Assembly: GCA_002763075.1 (NCBI GenBank)
Contig: PFDB01000002.1
Coordinates: 62,286 to 126,285, forward strand
Source: Candidatus Pacearchaeota archaeon CG10_big_fil_rev_8_21_14_0_10_34_76
GTDB taxonomy: Archaea > Nanobdellota > Nanobdellia > Pacearchaeales > GW2011-AR1
Reading direction: 5' to 3'
DNA length: 64,000 bases
A program made the translations under genes and the position numbers. Under the pieces are notes generated by a model. It had not been told where the DNA came from, did not search any database, and was given only the letters and a program-made list of their open reading frames with translations. Shown piece by piece: positions 1 through 8,890 of the stretch (positions are counted from its first letter, which is position 1; every line of letters begins with the position of its first letter).

Positions 1-65
1 TCTAATCCAAAATCTGAAAACCAGACTCTATAATCTAAAAACCTCGTATCTTTGTAGGGCATGGT

Positions 66-446
66 TTAGTATAAACCAGCAGAATCTCTTTTTGGCAAAT
101 CATTCGATCCACGATACACCTCTGCAAAAGATGGTGTTGCAAGAATCGTGTTCTCTCCAAAACCTGCTATCGAACCTTCAAGAGCGTCTACAGTCTTTTT
201 TATTTTTGAAATAGCTCTCTTTAATTCAATTATGTCTTTAGTTTTTATTGGTTTTATGTCTATAACTGCAATTGTATAACCTTCTCTTAATGAATTAAGA
301 ATTTCATTCACATCTTCAAATGTTCGTAAGGTAAATGGTCTGACCATTATCTTTTCCTTGCTTTTACTTCCCTGGTCAAGGTCTATTTCCACATAATCCG
401 AGGAAATATTGTCTTTTTTGAACATCTCTTTGAAATTAAATCCCAT
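66..446 (-). CDS. sepF: Cell division protein SepF (archaeal type)
   Basis: YVEID N-terminal FtsZ-binding-like motif; core 'FEDVNEILNSLREGYTIAVIDI...ELKRAISKIKKTVDALEGSIAGFGENTILATP'. Confidence 0.85.
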   Translation of the reverse strand: MGFNFKEMFKKDNISSDYVEIDLDQGSKSKEKIMVRPFTLRTFEDVNEILNSLREGYTIAVIDIKPIKTKDIIELKRAISKIKKTVDALEGSIAGFGENTILATPSFAEVYRGSNDLPKRDSAGLY

Positions 447-498
447 GAAGTTTTTTAATTAAGTCAGTATATAAAGATTTGTGTGTTATTTTAGAAAA

Positions 499-834
499 TC
501 ACTCTTTTTTATCTAAAAGTTGTTTTCTTCCTTCTTCTCTTAATTCCTTGGCTTTTGATTCGAGAAGCGCTTCTTGTTTTTCCATAGACACTATTCTTAT
601 TTCAGCTATTTTCTTTTTTTCTTCTAATTCCTTGACTATAGAGTCTTTGTTTGATTTCAACATGACCTGACCAACTATCTTATATATATCTCCCTCAGAT
701 TTTGATGCCTCATTCATTGCGTTAATTACCTCATTGAGTTCAAGAGAAAAAGCTTGTTTTTGCATTAGAATGTTCTGAAGGTTCTGCTCTAAAACTTGCA
801 TTTCTTGAACCACTTCAGGAGATATGTTTTCCAT
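499..834 (-). CDS. pfdB: Prefoldin beta subunit
   Basis: Coiled coils flanking the IYKIVGQVML hairpin; conserved rpl37ae-rpoP-pfdB context. Confidence 0.92.
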   Translation of the reverse strand: MENISPEVVQEMQVLEQNLQNILMQKQAFSLELNEVINAMNEASKSEGDIYKIVGQVMLKSNKDSIVKELEEKKKIAEIRIVSMEKQEALLESKAKELREEGRKQLLDKKE

Positions 835-835
835 A

Positions 836-973
836 TTAAATAGCTTTTAGCTTCACTATATGTCTGCGAGGCTTATAGAAAATCTTAGAGTTACAACCCG
901 GACATACAAATCTTTTTTCAAGTTGCTTGTTAGTAATCATCTTGCTGCATTTAAAACATTTATACTGTGCCAT
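836..973 (-). CDS. rpoP: DNA-directed RNA polymerase subunit P (Rpo12)
   Basis: Not in ORF track; manual translation MAQYKCFKCSKMITNKQLEKRFVCPGCNSKIFYKPRRHIVKLKAI with two CxxC and the KIFYKPR motif. Confidence 0.92.
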   Translation of the reverse strand: MAQYKCFKCSKMITNKQLEKRFVCPGCNSKIFYKPRRHIVKLKAI

Positions 974-1018
974 ATCTAATTTGGGAATAAAGGGTTTTTA
1001 AAGATTTGTCTTAATGAT

Positions 1019-1315
1019 TTATTTACCTGGAAGAGTTGTCTGTGCAAGATATGCTTCCAATTCTTCCTGGGTTTCTTTTATCCAATGTTTATCTCCTTGT
1101 CTTAATCTATCTTCAAGTCTTCTTCCTGTAGCCAAAGCACGAATACCAAAGTGAGTTCTATTGAACTGGCCTAAATCGAGGGCTTCTGCAGGGACATTTA
1201 TTGCTTCCATTTCCAACCATGCGCCTTCGAAATTACATCCATCTATTAATGGGACTACTCTTGTTTTGTACAGTTCCTCATAATCTTCAACTTCTATAGG
1301 ACGTGAATGGTACAT
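1019..1315 (-). CDS. Hypothetical protein
   Basis: 98-aa ATG ORF co-oriented between rpl37ae and rpoP; no recognised motif. Confidence 0.6.
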   Translation of the reverse strand: MYHSRPIEVEDYEELYKTRVVPLIDGCNFEGAWLEMEAINVPAEALDLGQFNRTHFGIRALATGRRLEDRLRQGDKHWIKETQEELEAYLAQTTLPGK

Positions 1316-1332
1316 GATTTACTATTAAGAAA

Positions 1333-1554
1333 TTAATGTTTTAAATAATATGCACCAGATGCAAATCTTTTTCCACACTTTTTGCAATTCCAGATGCCTG
1401 AAGACTCCCTCTTAACACCTAGTTTTGAACAGTGGGGACAAACTTGCTTTTTTCTCTGCAAGAGTTCAATCTTATTCAATTTTGAACGAACGTTTGTACC
1501 GTATCCACTACCAAATCTTCCTGATGCTTTTATTTTTTTCTTTTTTGCTGCCAT
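1333..1554 (-). CDS. rpl37ae: 50S ribosomal protein L37ae (eL43)
   Basis: GRFGSGYG, CPHC...GIWNCKKCG...GAY zinc finger. Confidence 0.96.
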   Translation of the reverse strand: MAAKKKKIKASGRFGSGYGTNVRSKLNKIELLQRKKQVCPHCSKLGVKRESSGIWNCKKCGKRFASGAYYLKH

Positions 1555-1842
1555 CTTAAGAACACTAAATTTTTTCTTTGTGTTAAAGCAAGATGAAATT
1601 AAAGGTTTTTAAATTATTCTGTTAGTTTTTCAAGAATGCTTTTGATTATTTTTTAAGGTATTTTTGTTATTAGTTCTAAATTATTTCTAGGCTCAATTTG
1701 ATAGTGTCCATTATCCCATTACTCATTTTATCTAATCTCTGCTGAGTCAGAATCCCGCCAGATTCTAATGAATAATTGTCTGAGATTGCAAGTCCATGAT
1801 TCATGAGGGTTGAGATATAATTTAGTTAATAAATGTTAAGAA

Positions 1843-1916
1843 TGGGGTTGCCCGGATTTGAACCGGGGTCGCCAGGTCCCAAACCTGGAATCTTAACCAA
1901 GCTGGACTACAACCCC
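1843..1916 (-). tRNA. tRNA-Pro(TGG), intronless, CCA not encoded
   Basis: Reverse complement GGGGTTG...CCAGG-TT-TGG-GA-CCTGG...CCCGG-TTCAAAT-CCGGG-CAACCCC-A folds as a cloverleaf. Confidence 0.96.
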
Positions 1917-1970
1917 TGAATTAAAATTGATTGTTGAGTTTTTAAGTTTGACGTTAAACAAAATAAAGGA

Positions 1971-2642
1971 TTATTTTTTCTTGGCTGGCTTCTCATCTTT
2001 CTTTGCTGTAGCTGGAGTTGCAGTTGCAGCAGGAGCTGCAGTCTCTGCTGGTTTTTCTTCTGCCTTAGCGGCTTCAGCAGCTTTGGCGGCTGCTTCCTGC
2101 TTAGCGACAGTTTCGGAGAATACACCTGCTAATTGTTGTTTCTTCTCTTGAGAAACTTCTGTCTTTTCTTCTTTTATTTCCTTGCTGTAAACTCCTTGAG
2201 AAATGTCTTTTTGAAATTCTACTGCATTCTTTCCTTCAATCAGAACTCCGAGGGAAACACAGCTTCCAACTACGAGGTTTACTGCGGCACTTAAATCTTT
2301 TGCAAGCATGTTGGAGTGCTTTGTTTTTGCTATTGAAATAACTTGTTCTATTCCGAGATTTCCAACATAGGTCTTTCCTGCCTGACCTGAAGCTTTTGCT
2401 ATGCCTAATTCTTTCTTTATCAATTCTGCAACAGGTGGAGAAGATATATAGATTGTGTAATTTTTTGTTTTAGCATCCACATCAAGTTCAACTGGAACTT
2501 TCATTCCATTGAAACCTGCAGTGGCAGAATTTACATCTTCAATTACCTTTCCAAGATTTACACCCATTGGGCCAAGCTGTTGTGCTACTGCTGGACCTGG
2601 CTTCATATTGCCTCCATCCACTATTAGTTTTATTTTTGGCAT
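1971..2642 (-). CDS. rpl11: 50S ribosomal protein L11 with long Ala/Glu/Lys-rich C-terminal tail
   Basis: GGNMKPGPAVAQQLGPMGVN, GMKVPV, SPPVAELIKKELG motifs. Confidence 0.96.
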   Translation of the reverse strand: MPKIKLIVDGGNMKPGPAVAQQLGPMGVNLGKVIEDVNSATAGFNGMKVPVELDVDAKTKNYTIYISSPPVAELIKKELGIAKASGQAGKTYVGNLGIEQVISIAKTKHSNMLAKDLSAAVNLVVGSCVSLGVLIEGKNAVEFQKDISQGVYSKEIKEEKTEVSQEKKQQLAGVFSETVAKQEAAAKAAEAAKAEEKPAETAAPAATATPATAKKDEKPAKKK

Positions 2643-2643
2643 G

Positions 2644-3111
2644 TTATTGGTCTTCCTTTTCCTCTTCCTCGTTATCTTCTCTCCTTATAACTCTTATGTT
2701 GTCCATTTTTACTGTAACTGGAATAGGAACCGCAGCTCCAAGAAGTGAAACGACGACTTCTCCCTTTTGCTTATCTATACGCATTACCTTTCCTTTCTCT
2801 TTCTTGAAAAGTTCTGCTATCATTTCTACTATATCTCCTACCTGGATATTTAAGTCCTCAACTTCTGGCTCCACCATATTTTTCACCTCTTCATAATCAA
2901 CATTCTTACCTAGAATGCCCTTAACATAAGGTTGATTGAAAACTGCTTCTTCTGCTGAATCTCTGTCTTCTGCCTCGAGAATTATATACCCCCTCAGCCC
3001 GTGGGGTCTTACAATGGAGAAAACTCTTAGCTCTTTTTTTTGAGCCCTCTGGCTTATTAATTCTGCTGCTCTTTCTTCCTTGTTTGTTGTGACTTTGATA
3101 ATAAAAATCAT
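2644..3111 (-). CDS. spt5: Transcription elongation factor Spt5 (NusG)
   Basis: NGN domain (LRGYIILEA) plus KOW domain (VGDIVEMI...FKKEKGKV); start moved to the ATG at 3111. Confidence 0.93.
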   Translation of the reverse strand: MIFIIKVTTNKEERAAELISQRAQKKELRVFSIVRPHGLRGYIILEAEDRDSAEEAVFNQPYVKGILGKNVDYEEVKNMVEPEVEDLNIQVGDIVEMIAELFKKEKGKVMRIDKQKGEVVVSLLGAAVPIPVTVKMDNIRVIRREDNEEEEKEDQ

Positions 3112-3197
3112 TTTTCTTGCACTACTCCATGAATCAAGAATACTCAAGAAGTAGTAATTTTAAAGATTTGTCAAGGTTTTTAAATATTTCCCCTAGC

Positions 3198-3368
3198 TCA
3201 GAAAAACATCCTTACTACCACCGAGATGACAAATCCTAATAATCCCAAGACAAGAAGACCAATTGCAGAGACCTTGCTTATTGTGAAAAACTCCTGTTTG
3301 GTTGGTCTCTTTAAGATTTTCCATACCCTAAGAGATTGAAGTATGAATGATTTTAGTTTTCTATGCAT
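3198..3368 (-). CDS. secE: Protein translocase subunit SecE (Sec61 gamma)
   Basis: Not in ORF track; MHRKLKSFILQSLRVWKILKRPTKQEFFTISKVSAIGLLVLGLLGFVISVVVRMFF; conserved ftsZ-secE-spt5-rpl11 order. Confidence 0.93.
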   Translation of the reverse strand: MHRKLKSFILQSLRVWKILKRPTKQEFFTISKVSAIGLLVLGLLGFVISVVVRMFF

Positions 3369-3398
3369 GTGAGATAAAACATAAGCCTGTTTTTAAAA

Positions 3399-4493
3399 TT
3401 AACCTTGGTCTTGTAAAAAGCGAATTCCGAGCTCACTTTCTAATTGGTTATCTGAAAAGTCCTTATCCGAAGATGCTCCAAGAATTTGTGAGCTTTTAAC
3501 TCCAGTAACTATCAACAGTACCTTAATGGATTTCTCCATGTCTGCAGATATTTGTGCGCCAGAAATTATTTTTGCATCTGGAGATATTTTTCTTCCTAAC
3601 TCCTGCATGATTATTTTATACTCCTCCAAAGACATATCTGGCCCACCTATGATATTGACCAATGCTCCCTTTGCATCGCTAATATTTACATCCAGTAAAG
3701 GATTATTGATTGCCCTATTCACTGCTTCAATTGCTCTGCCTTGGGCTGAATCTGATTCTCCTATGCCTATCAATGAAACTCCTCCGTTTGACATAACTGT
3801 TTTTATATCTGCAAAATCGAGATTTACTAATCCAGAGGTCGTTATCAGTTCAGCTATACCCTTGACGGAGTTGGTTAGAATTTCATCTGCAACCTTAAAT
3901 GCAGTATGTAATGGAAGTTCTGGGGCTAACTCGAGAAGTTTATCATTGGGTATTACTATCAATGTGTCTGTAATTGCCTGCATCCTCTCAAGACCATATT
4001 GTGCATTCTCAATTCTCTTTTGTCCTTCAACTGTAAATGGAAGTGTTACTATCCCTATTGTTAGTGCTCCTTGTCTTTTTGCTATGTCTGCAACAACAGG
4101 TGCTGCTCCAGTCCCAGTTCCACCTCCAAGACCGCATGTAATGAATACCATGTCAGAATTGGATAATTTTTTCTTTAATTCTTGTTCCGATTCTTTTGCA
4201 GCCTCTTCACCAATTTTTGGGTTACTTCCTGCGCCTAGCCCGTGAGTTAATTCACGGCCAATCAATATTTTATGATCTGCATTAGCATAAAGAAGATCTT
4301 GTGCATCTGTATTCAATGCTATGACCTCACAGCCCTTTACACCGACTTCCTTCATTCTAGAGACTGAGTTTCCTCCTCCTCCACCGCATCCAACAACTTT
4401 TATACGAGCACTTTGTTTTTTTAGCAATGATTCTAGTTCTTGATCTATAGAATGAGAGTCAGGATAGTTTTTTTCAATATTTATATCAACCAT
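3399..4493 (-). CDS. ftsZ: Cell division protein FtsZ
   Basis: GCGGGGGN, GGGTGTG tubulin signature, NLDFAD. Confidence 0.98.
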   Translation of the reverse strand: MVDINIEKNYPDSHSIDQELESLLKKQSARIKVVGCGGGGGNSVSRMKEVGVKGCEVIALNTDAQDLLYANADHKILIGRELTHGLGAGSNPKIGEEAAKESEQELKKKLSNSDMVFITCGLGGGTGTGAAPVVADIAKRQGALTIGIVTLPFTVEGQKRIENAQYGLERMQAITDTLIVIPNDKLLELAPELPLHTAFKVADEILTNSVKGIAELITTSGLVNLDFADIKTVMSNGGVSLIGIGESDSAQGRAIEAVNRAINNPLLDVNISDAKGALVNIIGGPDMSLEEYKIIMQELGRKISPDAKIISGAQISADMEKSIKVLLIVTGVKSSQILGASSDKDFSDNQLESELGIRFLQDQG

Positions 4494-4557
4494 CTGGAAA
4501 AGAAATGAAATGTCTTTATAAGGATTTTTATACTACTGTTTTTTACGACGAAAAGAC

Positions 4558-5220
4558 TTATTCTGAAGTAGTTTGTTCATTTTTAGACGTCTTAACCTCT
4601 TCTATGAATTCGAGATTCTTTCCTATTAATTCCTTAAATGTTTCTGAAAAGTTGTTAACTAAATATTGAAGCATTTTGTGTCCTTTGACAATGATTTTAT
4701 CGTTATTTATATCAAAATCTGGGATGGTTCTAAAAAAGAAATCGAAAAGAGATTCAACTTTTTCTTTTTCATCATTTACCTTTCTTTTTATTATGAATGT
4801 GTATTCAAGATCTTTTCCTGCAAGAGGATTATTGAAGTCTGTTATAACTCTTGCTCCTGAAATTGTGATGACCTTCACAACCATATTATCTAAAAAGAGT
4901 GTTTCTCCAGGATGGGGCATCACCTTTTGCTCTGTAAAAACTCTTAGAGGGATTGTTTTTACCAAATCTTTTTTTCTTTCTCCAAATCCTTCTTTGTAGG
5001 GAATTGTTATTGAATATTCTTTTCCAATCTCTTTTCCTTCTAACTGCTTGTCTAGTCCGGATACCACCATGCCTTCACCTATGCAGACAATTGTCTTTTT
5101 AGGTTTTGCTTCAGGATTTATTTTAATTAAATCTGATAAAATATTTGTATCAAATATATCTCCATTTGCCTTTCCAGTAAACTCAAGTTCTATAAAATCT
5201 TTTTTTGAAACAATTTCCAT
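4558..5220 (-). CDS. slyD: FKBP-type peptidyl-prolyl isomerase (SlyD-like, long archaeal type)
   Basis: IFDTN, GLDKQLEG, DFNNPLAGKDL; start moved to ATG 5220. Confidence 0.88.
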   Translation of the reverse strand: MEIVSKKDFIELEFTGKANGDIFDTNILSDLIKINPEAKPKKTIVCIGEGMVVSGLDKQLEGKEIGKEYSITIPYKEGFGERKKDLVKTIPLRVFTEQKVMPHPGETLFLDNMVVKVITISGARVITDFNNPLAGKDLEYTFIIKRKVNDEKEKVESLFDFFFRTIPDFDINNDKIIVKGHKMLQYLVNNFSETFKELIGKNLEFIEEVKTSKNEQTTSE

Positions 5221-5278
5221 TTTTGTGTAAAACCATGGGAATAACAAGTTTTATAAACGTTTCTTGTGAAATTCAATA

Positions 5279-5668
5279 ATGGTTTTAAAATTAATTGATG
5301 CTACACAGGCTCGATCAGGAGTAAATATTTTGATTGACGGGGAAGCATATACAGTCAAATCTAACGACATTAGTAAATCCGGAAAGCATGGGGCTAGCAA
5401 GTGTAGAATAGAGGCAGTTAGTCTTACTGGAGGTAAGAAAAAAGTATTGGCAGTTCCTGGACATTTAAGATTTGAAGTACCGATGATAGATAAAAGAAAA
5501 GGCCAGATTTTAAGTGTGGGAGATCATAACGCAAGTGTTATGGATCTCGAAAGCTTTGAGACATTAGATTTACCATATCCTGAAGAAGTAGCTGGAGATC
5601 TTGTTCCTGAGAAACAAGTTGAGTATTGGGATATTGAGGGATATAAGGTAATAAGGAGAGTATTATAA
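5279..5668 (+). CDS. eif5a: Translation factor aIF5A
   Basis: Hypusine loop SKSGKHGASK; C-terminal OB domain VMDLESFET. Confidence 0.96.
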   Translation: MVLKLIDATQARSGVNILIDGEAYTVKSNDISKSGKHGASKCRIEAVSLTGGKKKVLAVPGHLRFEVPMIDKRKGQILSVGDHNASVMDLESFETLDLPYPEEVAGDLVPEKQVEYWDIEGYKVIRRVL

Positions 5669-5669
5669 T

Positions 5670-5840
5670 ATGGCAACCAAAATACCTGCCGCGCAGGCAA
5701 GACTTTTCAAGAATGTTTTTGTTTGCAAGAGCTGTGGACAGAAAATGAAAACTGATTCAATAAGAGTTATTGCTAAAAAAGTCAAGTGTAGAAAGTGCAG
5801 TAAAAAGAATTTTCGTGCTATAAAGGCGAAGAAAAAATAG
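5670..5840 (+). CDS. rpl40e: 50S ribosomal protein L40e
   Basis: Not in ORF track; MATKIPAAQARLFKNVFVCKSCGQKMKTDSIRVIAKKVKCRKCSKKNFRAIKAKKK with two CxxC. Confidence 0.85.
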   Translation: MATKIPAAQARLFKNVFVCKSCGQKMKTDSIRVIAKKVKCRKCSKKNFRAIKAKKK

Positions 5841-5846
5841 GTGTAA

Positions 5847-7280
5847 ATGGTAAGCTTTTGGGTATATGATGTTGCATTTCTTGTATTGTTCACATTATTC
5901 ATAATAGTGTTTCTTCATAAAAAAAGGGCGAACTTAGAAAGACAAGGAATACTATTTCTTTACAAAACAAAGTTAGGAATTAAGTTAATGGATTGGACTG
6001 TTGATAAATTTAGAGGATTCTTGAAGCCATTACAATATATTGTTGTAGCATCCGGGTTTATCTTAATGATTTCTATGATTTGGCTTTTAATCAAGACTGT
6101 TTATTTGTATATGACCTCCCCAATCATAATCCAGTTGATAAGGGCTCCACCTATTGCACCATTGATACCTTACTTTCCTACTTTATTTAATATGGAGTCA
6201 TTTTTCCCCCAGCTTTACTTTACCTATTTCCTCATAGCACTAGTTATTGTGGCTGTGAGTCATGAATTTGCACATGGAATATTTGCAAGATTTTATAAAA
6301 TTAGAATAAAGACCACAGGATTTGCTTTTTTAGGACCTATTCTTGGAGCATTTGTAGAACCGGATGAAAAACAGATGCAAAAAGCAAAGAAATTCCCACA
6401 ACTTACAATTCTTGCTGCAGGAACGTTTGCTAATGTTGTTATGACTGTGATATTCGGATTAATACTTGGAGGATTTTTTGCATTGAGTTTTGCTCCTGCT
6501 GGAATCAATTTTAACACTTATGGGTCTGAACAGATTAATGTTGATTCTATAAATTCTATAAATGGGCAGCAAATAAATGATATATCTCAGATAGCTGGAA
6601 TGTTAAGCGATGAAAACTTACTAATAGATATCAGCGCATCTTCACTTGAAGGCACACAAAAAAACTATTTGATTAGAGAAAATAATCTTAAATTTGCTAT
6701 AGAAGCTAGTGCGGAACAGATAACTGTTTTTGATGATTCTCCTGCTGCAAGAAGTGGTCTTAGGGGGCCAATTACCCAGATAAATGGGGAGAAGATAACG
6801 AGCATAAAAAGTTTGCAAAATGAGTTGAACAATTACTCTCCGGGAGATGAGATAATTGTAACTACGAAGCAAGATGGGAATGTAGATAATCATGAATTAA
6901 TTCTTGGTGAGAGAAATGGTCAAGCTTATCTTGGGATTGGATTCCTTAATTCAGGGAGAGGAGGAGTTATCGGATGGTTTATGACAAATGTGGTTGAGAA
7001 TGTGAAAGATCCATTCATATATTACGAATCAAGGTGGGATGGAGATTTTGCGTGGTTTATCTATTATCTATTATGGTGGATTGTGATAATCAATATACTT
7101 GTTGCATTGTTTAATATGCTTCCTGTTTCAATATTGGATGGAGGAAGATTCTTTTATCTTTCTGTATGGGGAATCACTGGAAGTGAAAAAATAGGAAAGA
7201 AGGCGTTTGCGTTTGCAACATGGTTCATTGTTGCATTGCTTATATTGATGATGGTGAGATGGGCGATAAGCTTTTTCTAA
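5847..7280 (+). CDS. Site-2 (M50) membrane metalloprotease with PDZ domain
   Basis: HEFAH zinc motif, GAFVEPD, AAGTFAN, NMLPVSILDGG; PDZ-like DSPAARSGL. Confidence 0.93.
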   Translation: MVSFWVYDVAFLVLFTLFIIVFLHKKRANLERQGILFLYKTKLGIKLMDWTVDKFRGFLKPLQYIVVASGFILMISMIWLLIKTVYLYMTSPIIIQLIRAPPIAPLIPYFPTLFNMESFFPQLYFTYFLIALVIVAVSHEFAHGIFARFYKIRIKTTGFAFLGPILGAFVEPDEKQMQKAKKFPQLTILAAGTFANVVMTVIFGLILGGFFALSFAPAGINFNTYGSEQINVDSINSINGQQINDISQIAGMLSDENLLIDISASSLEGTQKNYLIRENNLKFAIEASAEQITVFDDSPAARSGLRGPITQINGEKITSIKSLQNELNNYSPGDEIIVTTKQDGNVDNHELILGERNGQAYLGIGFLNSGRGGVIGWFMTNVVENVKDPFIYYESRWDGDFAWFIYYLLWWIVIINILVALFNMLPVSILDGGRFFYLSVWGITGSEKIGKKAFAFATWFIVALLILMMVRWAISFF

Positions 7281-7309
7281 CTTATAGCTTCAAATAATTA
7301 TTTTTTGAA

Positions 7310-7663
7310 TCAATTAATCATCTCAACGCCGTTCTTTGTGAATGCTACAAGACGGATTCCAACAGGAAGAGAGAGTAGTGCTGAAATAAGAGCCATATGT
7401 TCTTTTCCATTTCCAGAAGCTATTGATAAATGTGCATCGAATTCAGAGAATTTTCCCTTGATTTTATCAGAGATTTCTTTTTTTAATTCTAAAAGCTTTT
7501 TTGACGAGTCTACAGAAATTAGTTCAGCTTTTGAGTGATATGGGAAAGTATTTGCATTTTGATTTTTGATCAAAAAGATTTTTCCCCATTCTCCCCTATT
7601 TATCAAACCTGTCACTTGCCCCCAATTTTCTTTATCATCACCAATGAATGCTACTAAGTCCAT
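7310..7663 (-). CDS. Hypothetical Rossmann-like protein (possibly CARF-like)
   Basis: alpha/beta pattern with LSIASGNGKEHMALISA; start moved to ATG 7663. Confidence 0.55.
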   Translation of the reverse strand: MDLVAFIGDDKENWGQVTGLINRGEWGKIFLIKNQNANTFPYHSKAELISVDSSKKLLELKKEISDKIKGKFSEFDAHLSIASGNGKEHMALISALLSLPVGIRLVAFTKNGVEMIN

Positions 7664-7713
7664 GTTAAACTTCAAATAAGTAGATTTATAATTATTGCTA
7701 TACTGAAACCCAT

Positions 7714-8178
7714 ATGGTTAAAGATTTGCCGTTGAACGAGATCACACTTAGAAAATATGAAAGGCCATACAAGTCTTCTAGAAGAGAGCTTGTGAAAAAG
7801 ATATGCTTATCAATAGGATTGTTGCAGCCTGGTGACTCTAGAGACGTTATTGTTGATATCCTCCTTGTTTTAGACAATGCAAGAAAAAAAAGAGAAGAAA
7901 TGACTTCATTTACTATAATAGAACAAATAGAGAAAATAAGAAAATCTCATTCTCTTGAGATAAAGGGAATTGCAGAAAGCAATGTTAGAAGGCAATTGAA
8001 AAGATTGAGAGATATAATGATTGTTGACAAAAAGAATAATTTTTACAGACTTTCTGAGTTTGAACCATTGTCTGAAATATTTGAAAAAAAAATTGAGAAT
8101 TTTATAATACCTCAGACTGTCGATAGGGTGAAAGACTATTTGAAAATGTTTGATGAGCCTGAAGGACAACATTTATAA
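7714..8178 (+). CDS. Hypothetical winged-helix protein
   Basis: wHTH-like 'AESNVRRQLKRLRDIMIVDKKNNFYRL'. Confidence 0.65.
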   Translation: MVKDLPLNEITLRKYERPYKSSRRELVKKICLSIGLLQPGDSRDVIVDILLVLDNARKKREEMTSFTIIEQIEKIRKSHSLEIKGIAESNVRRQLKRLRDIMIVDKKNNFYRLSEFEPLSEIFEKKIENFIIPQTVDRVKDYLKMFDEPEGQHL

Positions 8179-8200
8179 ATCCCAAATTTCTAGCTGAATT

Positions 8201-8263
8201 ACCGTATAACTACATCCAGGTATTATATGTTCTATGAATGTCTGGCGTAATGTAGGAGGATAA
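8201..8263 (+). promoter_or_regulatory. Structured 5' leader of the rpl1 operon
   Basis: TATA TTTATAAA at 8172-8179; stem CTACAT-CCAG / CTGG-(CGTA)-ATGTAG at 8210-8255 overlapping SD AGGAGG. Confidence 0.55.
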
Positions 8264-8890
8264 ATGCAAGCAGTAGAATTGAAACAAGCACTTGAAGAGT
8301 TAAGAAAAGAAAAGAAAAGAAAATTTTCGCAAACTGTAGAACTAATTGTGAATCTGCGAAGTGTTGACCTTAGAAAAGATAATATCGCAATCCTTGCCTC
8401 AATTCCAAATAAGGTAAAGGACAAGAAAGTTTGTGGTTTTTTTGAGAAAAAGAACCCTTTGATAAGTACAATTACAAAAGCTGAATTCCAAAAATATTCC
8501 GAGAAGAATGCATTAAGAAAAATTGTCGATGAATTTGATTTTTTTATTGCTAACGCTAAATTAATGCCTTCTGTTGCATCAACATTTGGTAAGGCCTTGG
8601 GTCCTGCAGGAAAAATGCCTTCTCCTCAATTAGGGATTATCCCTGAAGAAAGAGATGATTTAATCAAACCATTGCTAGAGAGAATATCTAAATCTGTGAA
8701 GATGAGAGCGAAGGAAGCAAGCATAAAGGTTCCTATAGGAAATGAGTCTATGAAGGATGAAGAAATAATTGCTAACATCAAGGCAGTTCATGCTGCAGTC
8801 ATTAGTTCTCTTCCAAAGAAAGAAGAAAATGTGAAGAATACCCTAATAAAGTTCACAATGAGCAAACCAATTGCTGTGGAGGTCAAATGA
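8264..8890 (+). CDS. rpl1: 50S ribosomal protein L1
   Basis: RKFSQTVELIVNL, GKALGPAGKMPSP. Confidence 0.96.
   Translation: MQAVELKQALEELRKEKKRKFSQTVELIVNLRSVDLRKDNIAILASIPNKVKDKKVCGFFEKKNPLISTITKAEFQKYSEKNALRKIVDEFDFFIANAKLMPSVASTFGKALGPAGKMPSPQLGIIPEERDDLIKPLLERISKSVKMRAKEASIKVPIGNESMKDEEIIANIKAVHAAVISSLPKKEENVKNTLIKFTMSKPIAVEVK

Noticed and set aside
1555-1842. Possible ncRNA downstream of tRNA-Pro (small AGAATC/GATTCT hairpin)
   Set aside because: AT-rich with only one short stem; no recognisable RNA family
3526-4245. Long antisense ORF over ftsZ (also 14994-15602, 14446-14868 and many short shadow ORFs)
   Set aside because: They lie opposite well-supported genes and have the Ser/Phe/Ile-rich composition expected from the reverse strand; no motifs
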